Assembly: GCA_001717025.1 (NCBI GenBank)
Contig: MAGU01000068.1
Span: 307-64,306, forward strand
Reading direction: 5' to 3'
Source: Candidatus Methanomethylicus oleisabuli
GTDB taxonomy: Archaea; Thermoproteota; Methanomethylicia; Methanomethylicales; Methanomethylicaceae
DNA length: 64,000 nt
Shown: in pieces, positions 51,774-61,300 of the stretch
Numbering within the stretch: position 1 is the first letter of the stretch
How the letters are laid out: the number at the start of each line of letters is the position of its first letter
Notes under the pieces: model-generated
The model's database searches: none
Told to the model about the DNA's origin: nothing
Seen by the model: the letters and a program-made list of their open reading frames with translations, nothing else
Program-made: the position numbers and the translations under genes

Positions 51774-53332
51774 CGTTGCCCCTCCATTATGTATATCTCC
51801 TCGCCCTCCTTGAGCCCCCTCAAAGGCTCCATATTGCTGACGACCTCGCCGATAATGTTCGTTCCATCGAATGCCTCAGCAGTAGGTCCGAATCTGTCGC
51901 TCTCTGTGAATCTAATCCCAATCATTCCCGTGAACTTCTTAACGCTGTTGGTAACGCCTATCTGACCCCCTTTGACCAACGAGGTTGGTATGTTCTCGGG
52001 CATTAGCCCCTTGGCTAGAGACTCGTTGCCCTTGAATAATATCAGATCCATCTTAGGGGCAGAGAAGTATGTCTCGAGTTTCCCAAACCGCCGGAGTTCG
52101 AGGCCGGTGACTACCCTGAAGTACCTTGCAGATACCGGGGCATCCTCATTGTAGAGGCGGATCTTTACGATCTTATCCTGCCCTACGCCGATCGTCTTGA
52201 CCGCCTTCTTAGCAACGATCTCCAATGAGTTGCTAGGCAAATGCTCTACAACAATTGCAGAATCTGATTTGTCGCCCAGCCTCTCGACACTTATTCCCTG
52301 CTTTGCTAGAAACGCCTCAGCCTCGGCCTGCGTCTTTCCAAGAATGTCAATGCGCTCTTGGGAGGCTGAGACCGCGATCCTGTCCCCCTCCTCAGAGACA
52401 TCCGCAAGTTCCATCCCGCTTATTATTTGCCCCGCTATCGAATGGCTTGCGCTTAAAGGCGCCTCTGCCGTATATACGTATATCGCGCCTGCATTGCTGC
52501 CCGTGTTTCTAACGGTTAGTGTACCGCGGTGCCTCTCGCCCAGACCTTCGGCTGCCAGTGAAGCTAGTCCAACCCTGTTGTCAGATATGAACCTGCTTGT
52601 TTTGGATCTGACCTCCATCCATCCCTTTCCAAACACGTTATAAACATGTTCACTCGATGCCGGCGAGGCGCCGTCCAACTCTATGGTCATCTTGGTGATT
52701 AAGCTGTCTCCTTCTTCAAGCACATAATCGCCGTCGATCTTAATGACTGATTTGGAAGCCTCCTTCATTTCTATGACCGGTTCGATCTTGATTATTCTGT
52801 CGCCCATCTTCATGCTCTCTACGAGGTGCCTTCCATAAACCACTCTGCCTATAACGCCGCAGCCCTTTGGGGGGGAGTAGTTGCCTATATGCGTCTTCTT
52901 ACCGAAGACTATATGCGTGTTCTCGCTACTGAATCCAGATAGGCTTAATGCCACTTCGTTCTTCTTCATCTCAAACTGCTCATTTGAAGGTTCAAAATCA
53001 GTTGAGATCTGACCGAATACGGTCGCATCTCTGGTAGACCATCTTACGCTCGTTCCTTCAAACGATCTGAAATGCCTCCTCCACCCGTCGAGCACTCCCT
53101 GGCAATCTATCTTTATTATGAGCCTGCCCTTTGTAGTCTCTATGCTGAATAGGTCTGTAACCACCCTCTCAATGGCGACCTTCTTCCTCAAGGCAAGGAT
53201 GCACCCCCTGTCAGATTCACAAATCTTCTTCAATACTTGATTGACGGTAGTTCCGGTCGCAATATCGATGGTCTGCCCGTTTATACTTGCCTTCAATGGA
53301 TGCCATCCCAACCTGTAGTGTAGTTTATCCAA
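51770..53332 (-). CDS. Candidate methanogenesis marker protein 3
   Basis: 520 aa. First gene of the operon, divergent from mcrDC. Confidence 0.45.
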   Translation of the reverse strand: MDKLHYRLGWHPLKASINGQTIDIATGTTVNQVLKKICESDRGCILALRKKVAIERVVTDLFSIETTKGRLIIKIDCQGVLDGWRRHFRSFEGTSVRWSTRDATVFGQISTDFEPSNEQFEMKKNEVALSLSGFSSENTHIVFGKKTHIGNYSPPKGCGVIGRVVYGRHLVESMKMGDRIIKIEPVIEMKEASKSVIKIDGDYVLEEGDSLITKMTIELDGASPASSEHVYNVFGKGWMEVRSKTSRFISDNRVGLASLAAEGLGERHRGTLTVRNTGSNAGAIYVYTAEAPLSASHSIAGQIISGMELADVSEEGDRIAVSASQERIDILGKTQAEAEAFLAKQGISVERLGDKSDSAIVVEHLPSNSLEIVAKKAVKTIGVGQDKIVKIRLYNEDAPVSARYFRVVTGLELRRFGKLETYFSAPKMDLILFKGNESLAKGLMPENIPTSLVKGGQIGVTNSVKKFTGMIGIRFTESDRFGPTAEAFDGTNIIGEVVSNMEPLRGLKEGEEIYIMEGQR

Positions 53333-53417
53333 GGGAACAATAAAAACTGCTCGTTCGCGCGGTATGAAGCCAATCTTTTTATTTATCCGCTTGGGCTATT
53401 TAGCTAAGGTGCCTGCA

Positions 53418-53747
53418 TTGTCCGATTCTTCTGAGATATGTGAAATAGAGGTCATGCCTAGGCGATTAATGAGCACCGAGAAAGGCGAATCTCTGGTTTC
53501 AGCGCTCAATGGAGATGATAGGGTCGTAGAGGTCCTTATTCATGGTCCAAAATATCGTGATGGCAAACAAATTATAGGGCGTTTCATAATCAGGCTTGTG
53601 CCAGGTACTGCGCCGGAAGTTATTCTATCCTCCTTCAAGCCTACATTCGAGTCCACAATGCCCTTCGGGTACGATGTCAGGATAGGGCGATTTACAAAGC
53701 CAAAGCCGACTGTAAAGGATTACCTGTCAGGCAGAGTTAGCAGGTGA
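53418..53747 (+). CDS. mcrD: Methyl-coenzyme M reductase operon protein D
   Basis: TTG start giving MSDSSEICEIEVMPRRLMSTEKG... C-terminal FGYDVRIGRFTKPKPTVKDY resembles the McrD C-terminus. ATGA overlap with mcrC. Confidence 0.55.
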   Translation: MSDSSEICEIEVMPRRLMSTEKGESLVSALNGDDRVVEVLIHGPKYRDGKQIIGRFIIRLVPGTAPEVILSSFKPTFESTMPFGYDVRIGRFTKPKPTVKDYLSGRVSR

Positions 53748-54436
53748 TGCGGTTGAAGGAGTCGATAGGGCGGGAGGCGCAGATCGTAGATTGCAGAGAA
53801 TCGATGGGCATTGGGGAGGGCGGCGGGCTGGCACAGAGGGGAACGATATCTGAATCAGAGGCGTTCGAGGTGGTAGCCGTAGCAATGTCCCCCTCCAAAA
53901 GGCACATCACCAAGCCCGTGTGTGAGATCACTTACGGATTAAGGGAACAAGGGATCCGGACGAGCGTTCTCGTGCTTGAGTCTGGCTCCGGCGTGCCGCC
54001 AGAATCCCCGTACGGCGGCGCTCCTGGTGGATCCATGGCGGGGATCAACGAAAAAGAGATATTGCAGGTGCGGCGCTTCAAGATAGCCCTCTTCCATCTG
54101 GGCGGCATCACGGGTCACGTCGTGCACAAGGCAAAGTCTTTCTTACGTTATGCCGACATCCCTACCATCATAGTCTGTGAGGCACCAGTGGACTATGAAG
54201 ATTTTGCCAAGGTAGGCATAGTCACGCGGCTAGTAAGGCCACCGCCTGGAAAGGTGGAGGTCGCAGGAGTCATAGTGGACCTGATCACCGGCGTTGTGAG
54301 GGGAGTTAGTTGCCCTCGCGACAAGCTAAATGAGATAGTTATAAAAGTGAAGTATTGGTTGAGCAAGGCGAGTAGTGGCGAAATCACCTTAGGGGGCGGA
54401 TCGTTTGGCAAAGATCTTCATATTCCCGCCGAATAG
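53744..54436 (+). CDS. mcrC: Methyl-coenzyme M reductase operon protein C
   Basis: VDCRESMGIGEGGG, RHITKPVCEITYGLRE, VCEAPVDYEDFAKVG and GVSCPRDKLNEIV motifs match the McrC family. Confidence 0.75.
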   Translation: MMRLKESIGREAQIVDCRESMGIGEGGGLAQRGTISESEAFEVVAVAMSPSKRHITKPVCEITYGLREQGIRTSVLVLESGSGVPPESPYGGAPGGSMAGINEKEILQVRRFKIALFHLGGITGHVVHKAKSFLRYADIPTIIVCEAPVDYEDFAKVGIVTRLVRPPPGKVEVAGVIVDLITGVVRGVSCPRDKLNEIVIKVKYWLSKASSGEITLGGGSFGKDLHIPAE

Positions 54437-54869
54437 CCTCATACTTTACGATCTGGTTGTTCGAGAAGGCCACACCCCTCTGGGTCTTGGCGAAGAGGTT
54501 TCCAAGAATTTGGGCAAGCCTGAGATCGACTCGCCTCCTATGAACATAACCCCCGATTTCCCGAGAAGGGGGCTCAAATACGCTGCAATCGAAGTGCCCG
54601 CCGGCGTCAGAGGGCGCCTGGCATTGATGGGCCCTCTGATCGAGGATGCCGATGGCGCAATCATCGTGGACGAGTCCGAGGCACTGTTTGGATGCGCAAG
54701 TTGCGCACGAACAAACGAATTTCTGCTCTATCTGATCAAAAGGAGGGGCATTCCAAGCATTCATGTTCCATATCCTAAGGATGAAGCAGACGCCAAAATA
54801 ATGGTATACAAAATCAAGTCTTTCCTGAAGAATATGGGTGAAAAAGATGGTAAGCCTAACAATAGCTGA
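54405..54869 (+). CDS. Hypothetical 154-aa protein co-operonic with mcrDC (possible methanogenesis marker, e.g. Mmp5-sized)
   Basis: 32-nt overlap with the mcrC 3' end. CASCAR motif. Confidence 0.4.
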   Translation: MAKIFIFPPNSLILYDLVVREGHTPLGLGEEVSKNLGKPEIDSPPMNITPDFPRRGLKYAAIEVPAGVRGRLALMGPLIEDADGAIIVDESEALFGCASCARTNEFLLYLIKRRGIPSIHVPYPKDEADAKIMVYKIKSFLKNMGEKDGKPNNS

Positions 54870-55353
54870 TGATAAACTGCCTGCTTTCTGCAGCTCAATA
54901 ATGGATGAGGCGCTACGCGAGATCATACTGTTGCTGAGCGATGGGCCACTCAACGCCGAAAAGATTGCCGAGATTATGGGCATAACTCAGCAGGACTCTG
55001 AAGGCAGGCTCGAGAGGCTCTATTCGGCAGGGCTGGTCAGAAAGACCCGAGTGCCGGAGGGCGTTCTACTCTTCTCTTTGGACTTTTCAATGGAGCGGCT
55101 GGGTAGCCCTTATGACAAAAAGATCGCGGAGCCGCTTGCGTCAGACCTTTCCAAGACCATTCAATCTTTTCTAGAGTCACACGCCTCCGAGGTATCGTCC
55201 TCATGCAGCAATATCGGCATGTCCCTAGGGCGAGCGGTTGAGCAGCTCTTCCTCACCTCATTCTCGTCGATAATGGGGCGTCTACAAGCCGAGATCGTTG
55301 AGGAGGACAAGGGGCTCAGTAAAGCCCTCGCTGAAGAGGAACAAAAACAATGA
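54838..55353 (+). CDS. Winged-HTH (ArsR-like) transcriptional regulator
   Basis: HTH EKIAEIMGITQQDSEGRLERLYSAGLV. Confidence 0.5.
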   Translation: MKKMVSLTIADDKLPAFCSSIMDEALREIILLLSDGPLNAEKIAEIMGITQQDSEGRLERLYSAGLVRKTRVPEGVLLFSLDFSMERLGSPYDKKIAEPLASDLSKTIQSFLESHASEVSSSCSNIGMSLGRAVEQLFLTSFSSIMGRLQAEIVEEDKGLSKALAEEEQKQ

Positions 55354-55357
55354 TGCA

Positions 55358-55612
55358 CTACTTGAATTTTTCAAGCATCTCTTCCATCTTCTTTACTATA
55401 TACTCTCGCGCCCTGATGAGTTGATCCTTCTCACCCTTTATGACCCATGATTTTGGCATCATAGGGCTATCCGCCATCTCCGGAATGTTTACTTCCTTAT
55501 CTGTAAGCTCTACGCCGAATTTGTTAACCGCCTCAGCTATGATCGAGTAAGGCGTCCCAGCCGGTATCGGAAAATAGAATGTCTCGCTCTCTCGAGTTAC
55601 TTTATCTACCAT
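55358..55612 (-). CDS. Small hypothetical protein (84 aa)
   Basis: Coding-like composition. Adjacent to the HD hydrolase gene. Confidence 0.3.
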   Translation of the reverse strand: MVDKVTRESETFYFPIPAGTPYSIIAEAVNKFGVELTDKEVNIPEMADSPMMPKSWVIKGEKDQLIRAREYIVKKMEEMLEKFK

Positions 55613-55652
55613 ACAATCCTCGCCTGACCTTCATCTATCTTCCATCTCAATC

Positions 55653-56195
55653 CTATAAAAGTGCTCGAAGTTGCCCTCTCAACCCTTCATCAAACCGCTC
55701 AAGCATCTCCTCCAACTCCACCTTACAGCTAGACGCGATGTCTTCTGTATGGAACCCCCTATCTGCATAAACAATGGCCTGCCTCAATGTCGAGAGTATG
55801 TCCGCAAATTTGACAAGTTTGGCCTCCTTGGTCCTCCTCTCCTCGTATTCGCGGAAGACGCACTCCAGCTCTTCAAGGTCGCTCTCATCAGCCATATCCT
55901 TGATGATCTCGATCTCCGTTCTGCTCTTCATGTCATTACCGATCCTCATGGTTAGGCTCCTCGGCATATCTCCCGAAACCGCCTCCCCCCAGTCATGCAC
56001 CACGCCCATAAACAGCAGCCTGTCCTTATTCAGATCATGAACCCTCATGCCTATGACCGTTAATATAGAGGTGACCTCGAATGTATGCTCCGCAATAGTC
56101 TCGGCCTCGGATGGCGGTACCCCCCTCTGGAGCCATCCTGTTCTAGGCATATTCTTAAGCACCGCTGCCTTCTCCAAGAGCTTCTTGTGATCCAT
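55653..56195 (-). CDS. HD-domain phosphohydrolase
   Basis: H...HD...D metal-binding motif (VHDWGEAVSGD). Confidence 0.65.
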   Translation of the reverse strand: MDHKKLLEKAAVLKNMPRTGWLQRGVPPSEAETIAEHTFEVTSILTVIGMRVHDLNKDRLLFMGVVHDWGEAVSGDMPRSLTMRIGNDMKSRTEIEIIKDMADESDLEELECVFREYEERRTKEAKLVKFADILSTLRQAIVYADRGFHTEDIASSCKVELEEMLERFDEGLRGQLRALL

Positions 56196-56258
56196 GCTTA
56201 TGCACTGCCTTATGTTTGATATAAACGCTTAAAAATCTAATTCGTCCCTCTTACCTAT

Positions 56259-56453
56259 GTGTTTACTTTGAGGATACCTATTATCAATCAAGATCTATGC
56301 ATTGGGTGCGGAACGTGCGTTGCACTCTGTCCTGATGTATTCGATCTGCTGCCTGAAGGCAAATCCCATGTAGTCAAGGCAGATGGTAACTGCGAACTAG
56401 AGAGCGTAGCCTCCTCGTGCCCAGTTCAAGCGATCTCGATCATCGAAAATTAA
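56259..56453 (+). CDS. Small [4Fe-4S] ferredoxin
   Basis: CIGCGTCVALCP plus C...C...CP. About 64 aa. GTG start. Confidence 0.55.
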   Translation: MFTLRIPIINQDLCIGCGTCVALCPDVFDLLPEGKSHVVKADGNCELESVASSCPVQAISIIEN

Positions 56454-56458
56454 CATGG

Positions 56459-57703
56459 CTATCTGCCAAGCAACTCCTTTGCCCTTGCCACGCTGAAATT
56501 GCCCTCTCTCGCAAGGATCTCGGCTACCCTCTCCGCCTCCACTCCTGTTGCCCCTGCCATTGCCGCCACATTTCGCGCATGCAGCTTCATGTGCCCTTTC
56601 TGGATGCCCTCTGTCACAAGCGCCCTCAGTGCTGCAAAGTTCTGCGCCAGCCCCAGCGCTGCAGTGACCTCAGCGAGCTCCCTCGCACTCTTGATTCCCA
56701 TCAGCTTGAGGGCAAATTGTGCAGTAGGGTGCGTCTTCGTTGCACCGCCAACTGTGCCAACGGCCATAGGAAGTTCAAGCTCACCATGAAGGTTTCCGTT
56801 CGAATCTCTGCTCCATTTGGAGAGGGATGTGTATCTACCGCCGATCGCTGCGTATGCGTGAGCCCCTGCCTCGACCGCCCTTGTATCATTAGCTGTGGCG
56901 AGGACCAACGCCGTTATCCCATTCATTATGCCCTTGTTGTTGGTTGCGGCGCGGTAAGGATCGGCAGCCGCAAATTTGTATGCGCGGACTATCCCGTCAA
57001 CAACACCTTCGCCGCCGATGCTTTCCTTGTCATATGTTACTGCCGCCTTGGCTAGCCGCTCTGTCGCTAGGTTGGATAGAATGCGAAGAAGCGCCCTTCC
57101 CTTGGCTAGTGCTTCTATCTCGGCGGTCATGCCCTCGACTACCGTGTCAATCGTGTTTGCTCCCATCGCATCTCTGCAATCGATAAAGAATTCTACAATC
57201 AGCATCTCTTCCCCTGCATGCAGAATCCTTGCTTCGATGCCAACCACGCCCCCTCCAAGTGCAGGAAGCAGACCTGCGTGCTTATTCGCTTCAACGATCA
57301 GCCTGTCCTTCTCAGCCTCAATTCGTGCTTTTCCAGTGGCAGCGTCTTCGACATCGACCAGCTGTATCTGTCCCCTCATGACCGGTCTCGTGCTCGTTGC
57401 CGTGAATCCGGCAGGGAGCGCAAGTTTTGCAGCATAACTTGCAGCCGCTATGACCGACGCCTCTTCCGTAGCCATGGGTATCAGTATTTCTTTTCCATTT
57501 ATCTTGAAGTTGGTGGCTACTCCCAAGGGAATCTGCATTGTGCCTATTGCATTCTCAACCATCAGGTTTGCCGATTCCAACGTCAGCCCATCAGCAAGCG
57601 CCTTGAGGTCTTCATCAGAGACGCCTGCCACCTCCTTGAGTAGCTTGCGGCGCTCTTCTAATTCTCTCTTATAGAATCCTTTCAGTTGAGAACCCATGGT
57701 CAT
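56459..57703 (-). CDS. hmgA: HMG-CoA reductase (class I, archaeal)
   Basis: ENAIGTMQIPLGVA and DAMGAN catalytic motifs. Confidence 0.85.
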   Translation of the reverse strand: MTMGSQLKGFYKRELEERRKLLKEVAGVSDEDLKALADGLTLESANLMVENAIGTMQIPLGVATNFKINGKEILIPMATEEASVIAAASYAAKLALPAGFTATSTRPVMRGQIQLVDVEDAATGKARIEAEKDRLIVEANKHAGLLPALGGGVVGIEARILHAGEEMLIVEFFIDCRDAMGANTIDTVVEGMTAEIEALAKGRALLRILSNLATERLAKAAVTYDKESIGGEGVVDGIVRAYKFAAADPYRAATNNKGIMNGITALVLATANDTRAVEAGAHAYAAIGGRYTSLSKWSRDSNGNLHGELELPMAVGTVGGATKTHPTAQFALKLMGIKSARELAEVTAALGLAQNFAALRALVTEGIQKGHMKLHARNVAAMAGATGVEAERVAEILAREGNFSVARAKELLGR

Positions 57704-58400
57704 TTGTATGCCCTTCTATGAGTCTTAATACCTCTATTACACCGTACCCATCCTCATACTCACATATTATGTCCGCAATAGCCTTGAGCTCAGGAACGGC
57801 GTTCTTCACCGCGACGCCTACGTCGGATGCCCTGAGAAGCGACAGATCATTGAGGTCATCACCGATTCCAAGGAGCCTGGTGCATCCCATCCTCTTCATG
57901 ACTTCTCTGACCCCCCTGCCCTTGTTCCATCCCTTTGGCATTATTAATAGCCCTTCTTTATTGAACTCCATCTCGACCTCATCGCCAAGGCCCGCCTCCC
58001 CAATCTTGGTTGCTAGCTCAAGTGCATCGTCCTTGTAACCGGCGAGCACAACATCGCCTGTGTAGACCCTCATACCGCTCTTGTTCATTATGCCCGTGAT
58101 CTCGGACCTTATCTTGCCCCATCTTTCGCTCTTAACTAAGATCTCTTTACTTCTTCCACCATCCGTATTCATTATTGTGCCGTTCTCGGTTACTATGACA
58201 TCAAATACCCTCAACACATCCCTGTCCGGGATATCATCAAACCTCCTGCCGGTAGCAAGCATGCGCTTGAAATGAACGAACCGCATTAGCTCCTCCTTGA
58301 CGTCATCGCTGATCATGAAGCCTTTTCTCTCGTCAGCTATGGTCCTATCATAATCCATTGCTACGGCATCCACGTTTATTTTCAAGTAAGCAAACCCCAC
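57669..58400 (-). CDS. HAD-IIB sugar-phosphate phosphatase (MPGP/SPP-like)
   Basis: Motif I AMDYDRT and motif IV GIGDDLNDLSLL. Cap-2 architecture. Confidence 0.6.
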   Translation of the reverse strand: MGFAYLKINVDAVAMDYDRTIADERKGFMISDDVKEELMRFVHFKRMLATGRRFDDIPDRDVLRVFDVIVTENGTIMNTDGGRSKEILVKSERWGKIRSEITGIMNKSGMRVYTGDVVLAGYKDDALELATKIGEAGLGDEVEMEFNKEGLLIMPKGWNKGRGVREVMKRMGCTRLLGIGDDLNDLSLLRASDVGVAVKNAVPELKAIADIICEYEDGYGVIEVLRLIEGHTNDHGFSTERIL

Positions 58401-58409
58401 TCCCTAAGC

Positions 58410-59657
58410 CTATGTCAGCAGTTCTCGATAGAGTGCCAGGTGGTCCTGGACTCCCCTCTCTGTTGAAAAGTTAGTCTGATATATCTTCTTGCCGTTATCT
58501 CCCATCTCTCGCGCCCTTCCAAAATTAGTTAGGACGTAATCTATGGCCTCTGCCAGCGCCGTAGCGTCATTCGGCTTGACGATGTAGCCGTTGACGCCTG
58601 GCCAAATCTGCGTGGGTATTCCTCCCACAGCGCTTCCGATTACGGGCCTCCCAAAAGCCATCCCCTCAGTTATAGCCAGACCGAAACCCTCTTGGTGCGA
58701 TGGAAGGACAACCAGATCGCATTCCTTGTATGCGCTCATTAGCGAATCCCTGTCGATTGCTCCTGTGAACAGTACCTTGTCCTTAAGGTTGTATTCATCG
58801 ACCTTCTCCTTCAGCTCCTTCTCGTAATCTTCCTTCTCCTTGATCTTCAGGAACTCCTTCGTTACTGAACCATTTCCTATGAAGATGATCTTGCAGTCTG
58901 ATTTCATCCTCGAGGCGGCATCAAGCAATACGCTCTGCCCTTTCAGCTTATCAATCCTGGCCACGCACAGTATAATCTTGGCGTTTTTGGATATGCCGTA
59001 GCTTTTTCTGAACGACCGCTTCGGCTCCTCCACATCAATGAAGGGCGGTATGCAGCAGGGTTTTTTCCAAACAAGGCCCGATTTTAATGCCGCATTTATG
59101 TACGGCTTCGTTGAAAATACTACCTTTGAATACTCGTTCAGCTCCTTTACTATCTGCTCTCTCCAACTCTGGTGTACCTCCTCCGTAAATGGTATGTGCC
59201 AAGTGAAGGGCATAGGCAATCCGAGCCTCTTTAGGATCCCTCCGAGGGGCAGGAGCTGGAAGTCATGGACATGGATGATGTCTGGCTTCGAGATGTCCGC
59301 CACCTCTCTTATCCTTTCAGCAAATATCTCGTTGACCTTGATGTATCCCTCATACCCATAGAGGTGTTTGTTATACAGCTTGTCTAGAGCGGACTCTTTC
59401 CCATGGAATATCTTCAGAATCAACTCCTTATAAGTCGAGTACCCAGCCATCGTAGCGCCGTCAATGGAGCCATCTTTAGGTACTCGATAAACACTCATCC
59501 CCTCGATAGCGGTGTCCGAACTCCCCTTTGGGGTCTTTAAATTTATGAACACTACCGTGTGGCCTAGCTGCCTCAACCTGCGGCCTAGCCAGAAGAGGTA
59601 ATATGAAACTCCGCCCGTGCTGGGATAAAACGATTGACTTACATAGAGGATCTTCAA
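58410..59657 (-). CDS. GT4-family glycosyltransferase (sugar-phosphate synthase-like)
   Basis: GT-B fold with EGFGLAITEGMAFGRPVIGS motif. 415 aa. Confidence 0.75.
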   Translation of the reverse strand: MKILYVSQSFYPSTGGVSYYLFWLGRRLRQLGHTVVFINLKTPKGSSDTAIEGMSVYRVPKDGSIDGATMAGYSTYKELILKIFHGKESALDKLYNKHLYGYEGYIKVNEIFAERIREVADISKPDIIHVHDFQLLPLGGILKRLGLPMPFTWHIPFTEEVHQSWREQIVKELNEYSKVVFSTKPYINAALKSGLVWKKPCCIPPFIDVEEPKRSFRKSYGISKNAKIILCVARIDKLKGQSVLLDAASRMKSDCKIIFIGNGSVTKEFLKIKEKEDYEKELKEKVDEYNLKDKVLFTGAIDRDSLMSAYKECDLVVLPSHQEGFGLAITEGMAFGRPVIGSAVGGIPTQIWPGVNGYIVKPNDATALAEAIDYVLTNFGRAREMGDNGKKIYQTNFSTERGVQDHLALYRELLT

Positions 59658-61300
59658 ATCAGCCCACCATTCATTATTATCGAAAGCTGAACCTTGTTGA
59701 TCGCCCCTTGGTTTCTCAGAACAGTGATTCCATTTTTGAGCCTGTCCCTATTCTTTGCATTTAGTATGTCGAACAGTTCTCTGGAATCAAATAGAATCAC
59801 TGCGATGTTGTCCCAATTCCCTTCGAGGTAGCTCACCACTTTTTCTGACACTTTGATTTTTTCATACGGCTCCTCCTTTCCATTCTCCTTAATTATTATT
59901 GGAGGCTCGATGATGCTCATGTTCTGATCCTTGGAGACGAGGTAGAACGGCACGTAGATGACCTCGAGGTCTCTCTGGACGGTGTCCGCTTTCATGAATA
60001 TATCCTTATATTTGTCCAGCTCCTCCTCCGCCTTCTTATGGACGTCCTCAAGTAGTTCCTTCTGCCTTACGTAAGCCATCCTCTTCTCATTCATCTTAGT
60101 TTTTATCTTGAGTAGAGCCCGCTCCTTTTTCGATATTAGGTCATCGAGCTCTTTGATCACGAACTCCCTCCTCTTAAGGAAACACTCCTCGATCTTCTTC
60201 CGTTCAAGGTCCTCGTTAGATGGCAGTAGCTTCTCCTTCTCCATTATTTTGTTAAGGTCTGCCTCAAGCAACCTTAATTTTTTGTTGATCTTCGATTGCT
60301 TCTCCTTCAGTTCTGCTATCTCCTCCGTGAGGGCGAAGATTCGATTTGTCAGCCTCTCTTTCTCCTTCTTCATCGCCTCTTTTTCTAAAACGACGTCCTT
60401 GATCTCAAGAAGCTTTACCGTATCGTTCTCAATCTTCTCCTTCTTCAAACTCAATGCCGAGATATTGTCCTCTAGCCTTGTTATCTCGTTCTTGGCATGC
60501 TCCCTCTCCTCATAAGCCTTATTGATGGTCTTCTCTATCTCTGCTGCATTCGACCTTGTGTCTTTGAGAGTCCGTTCAATGAAGTCGCACTCATTTTTGA
60601 GGCTGTCCATCTTCTTCTCCAATTCTGTTCTGAACTCCTTGATGACCGACCTCTCAACATTATCAACGAGGTTCTCAATCTCTTGGTTCTTCTGCGCAAT
60701 CTTCTCCTCATACTCTTTCTGTAGTTGCTCGTATTCACTGGTAAGGGGGTCCATGTCTTCCTTATACTTCCTCTCCATCTCATCTATCGTCTTTCTGATG
60801 CCCAATGCCGAATTTTTCGTCTTCAGGTAAATGCTGTACAACCCGTCTGCCACGTTCTTGGTCTTGCTCTCATCCAGCGCAGGCCACAGCGCCAACCCAT
60901 CATTTATCTCTATATCGTAAGCGGCAGCGTTCCACTCAGATAGGCTTATGCCTTTGCCGTTCTCAATGAGTGGCAGCTCATAGGTCTTTAGTGTGTAAAG
61001 CTGGTAGTCCTCGCTTCCACCTAAATATTCGCTTACCCTGCAACTATGCAGCGCCATACCATCTACCGCTACTGCCGCATCCCCCTCTTTTATAAGATAT
61101 ATCGGATAATACATTTTATAAACGAAGTCAATTTTACTTTTATCCTCTTGAAACAGCCTGAAGATGCTCCTCCACTTCTTGCCCATTACATTGAATACTT
61201 TTAGAAGGACCAGCGCATCCCCAGCTTCAGGTGGCAACGCTTTCTTTGTTCCATCCTTTCTTTGGACAAATGCGAAATTAATCACGCGCATCTCTCTCAA
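59654..61300 (-). CDS. Large coiled-coil protein (N-terminal globular domain, E/K-rich coil of about 280 aa, C-terminal globular domain)
   Basis: 548 aa. AT-rich codon usage distinct from the flanking genes. 4-nt overlap with the GT4 gene. No NTPase motifs. Confidence 0.55.
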   Translation of the reverse strand: MREMRVINFAFVQRKDGTKKALPPEAGDALVLLKVFNVMGKKWRSIFRLFQEDKSKIDFVYKMYYPIYLIKEGDAAVAVDGMALHSCRVSEYLGGSEDYQLYTLKTYELPLIENGKGISLSEWNAAAYDIEINDGLALWPALDESKTKNVADGLYSIYLKTKNSALGIRKTIDEMERKYKEDMDPLTSEYEQLQKEYEEKIAQKNQEIENLVDNVERSVIKEFRTELEKKMDSLKNECDFIERTLKDTRSNAAEIEKTINKAYEEREHAKNEITRLEDNISALSLKKEKIENDTVKLLEIKDVVLEKEAMKKEKERLTNRIFALTEEIAELKEKQSKINKKLRLLEADLNKIMEKEKLLPSNEDLERKKIEECFLKRREFVIKELDDLISKKERALLKIKTKMNEKRMAYVRQKELLEDVHKKAEEELDKYKDIFMKADTVQRDLEVIYVPFYLVSKDQNMSIIEPPIIIKENGKEEPYEKIKVSEKVVSYLEGNWDNIAVILFDSRELFDILNAKNRDRLKNGITVLRNQGAINKVQLSIIMNGGLI

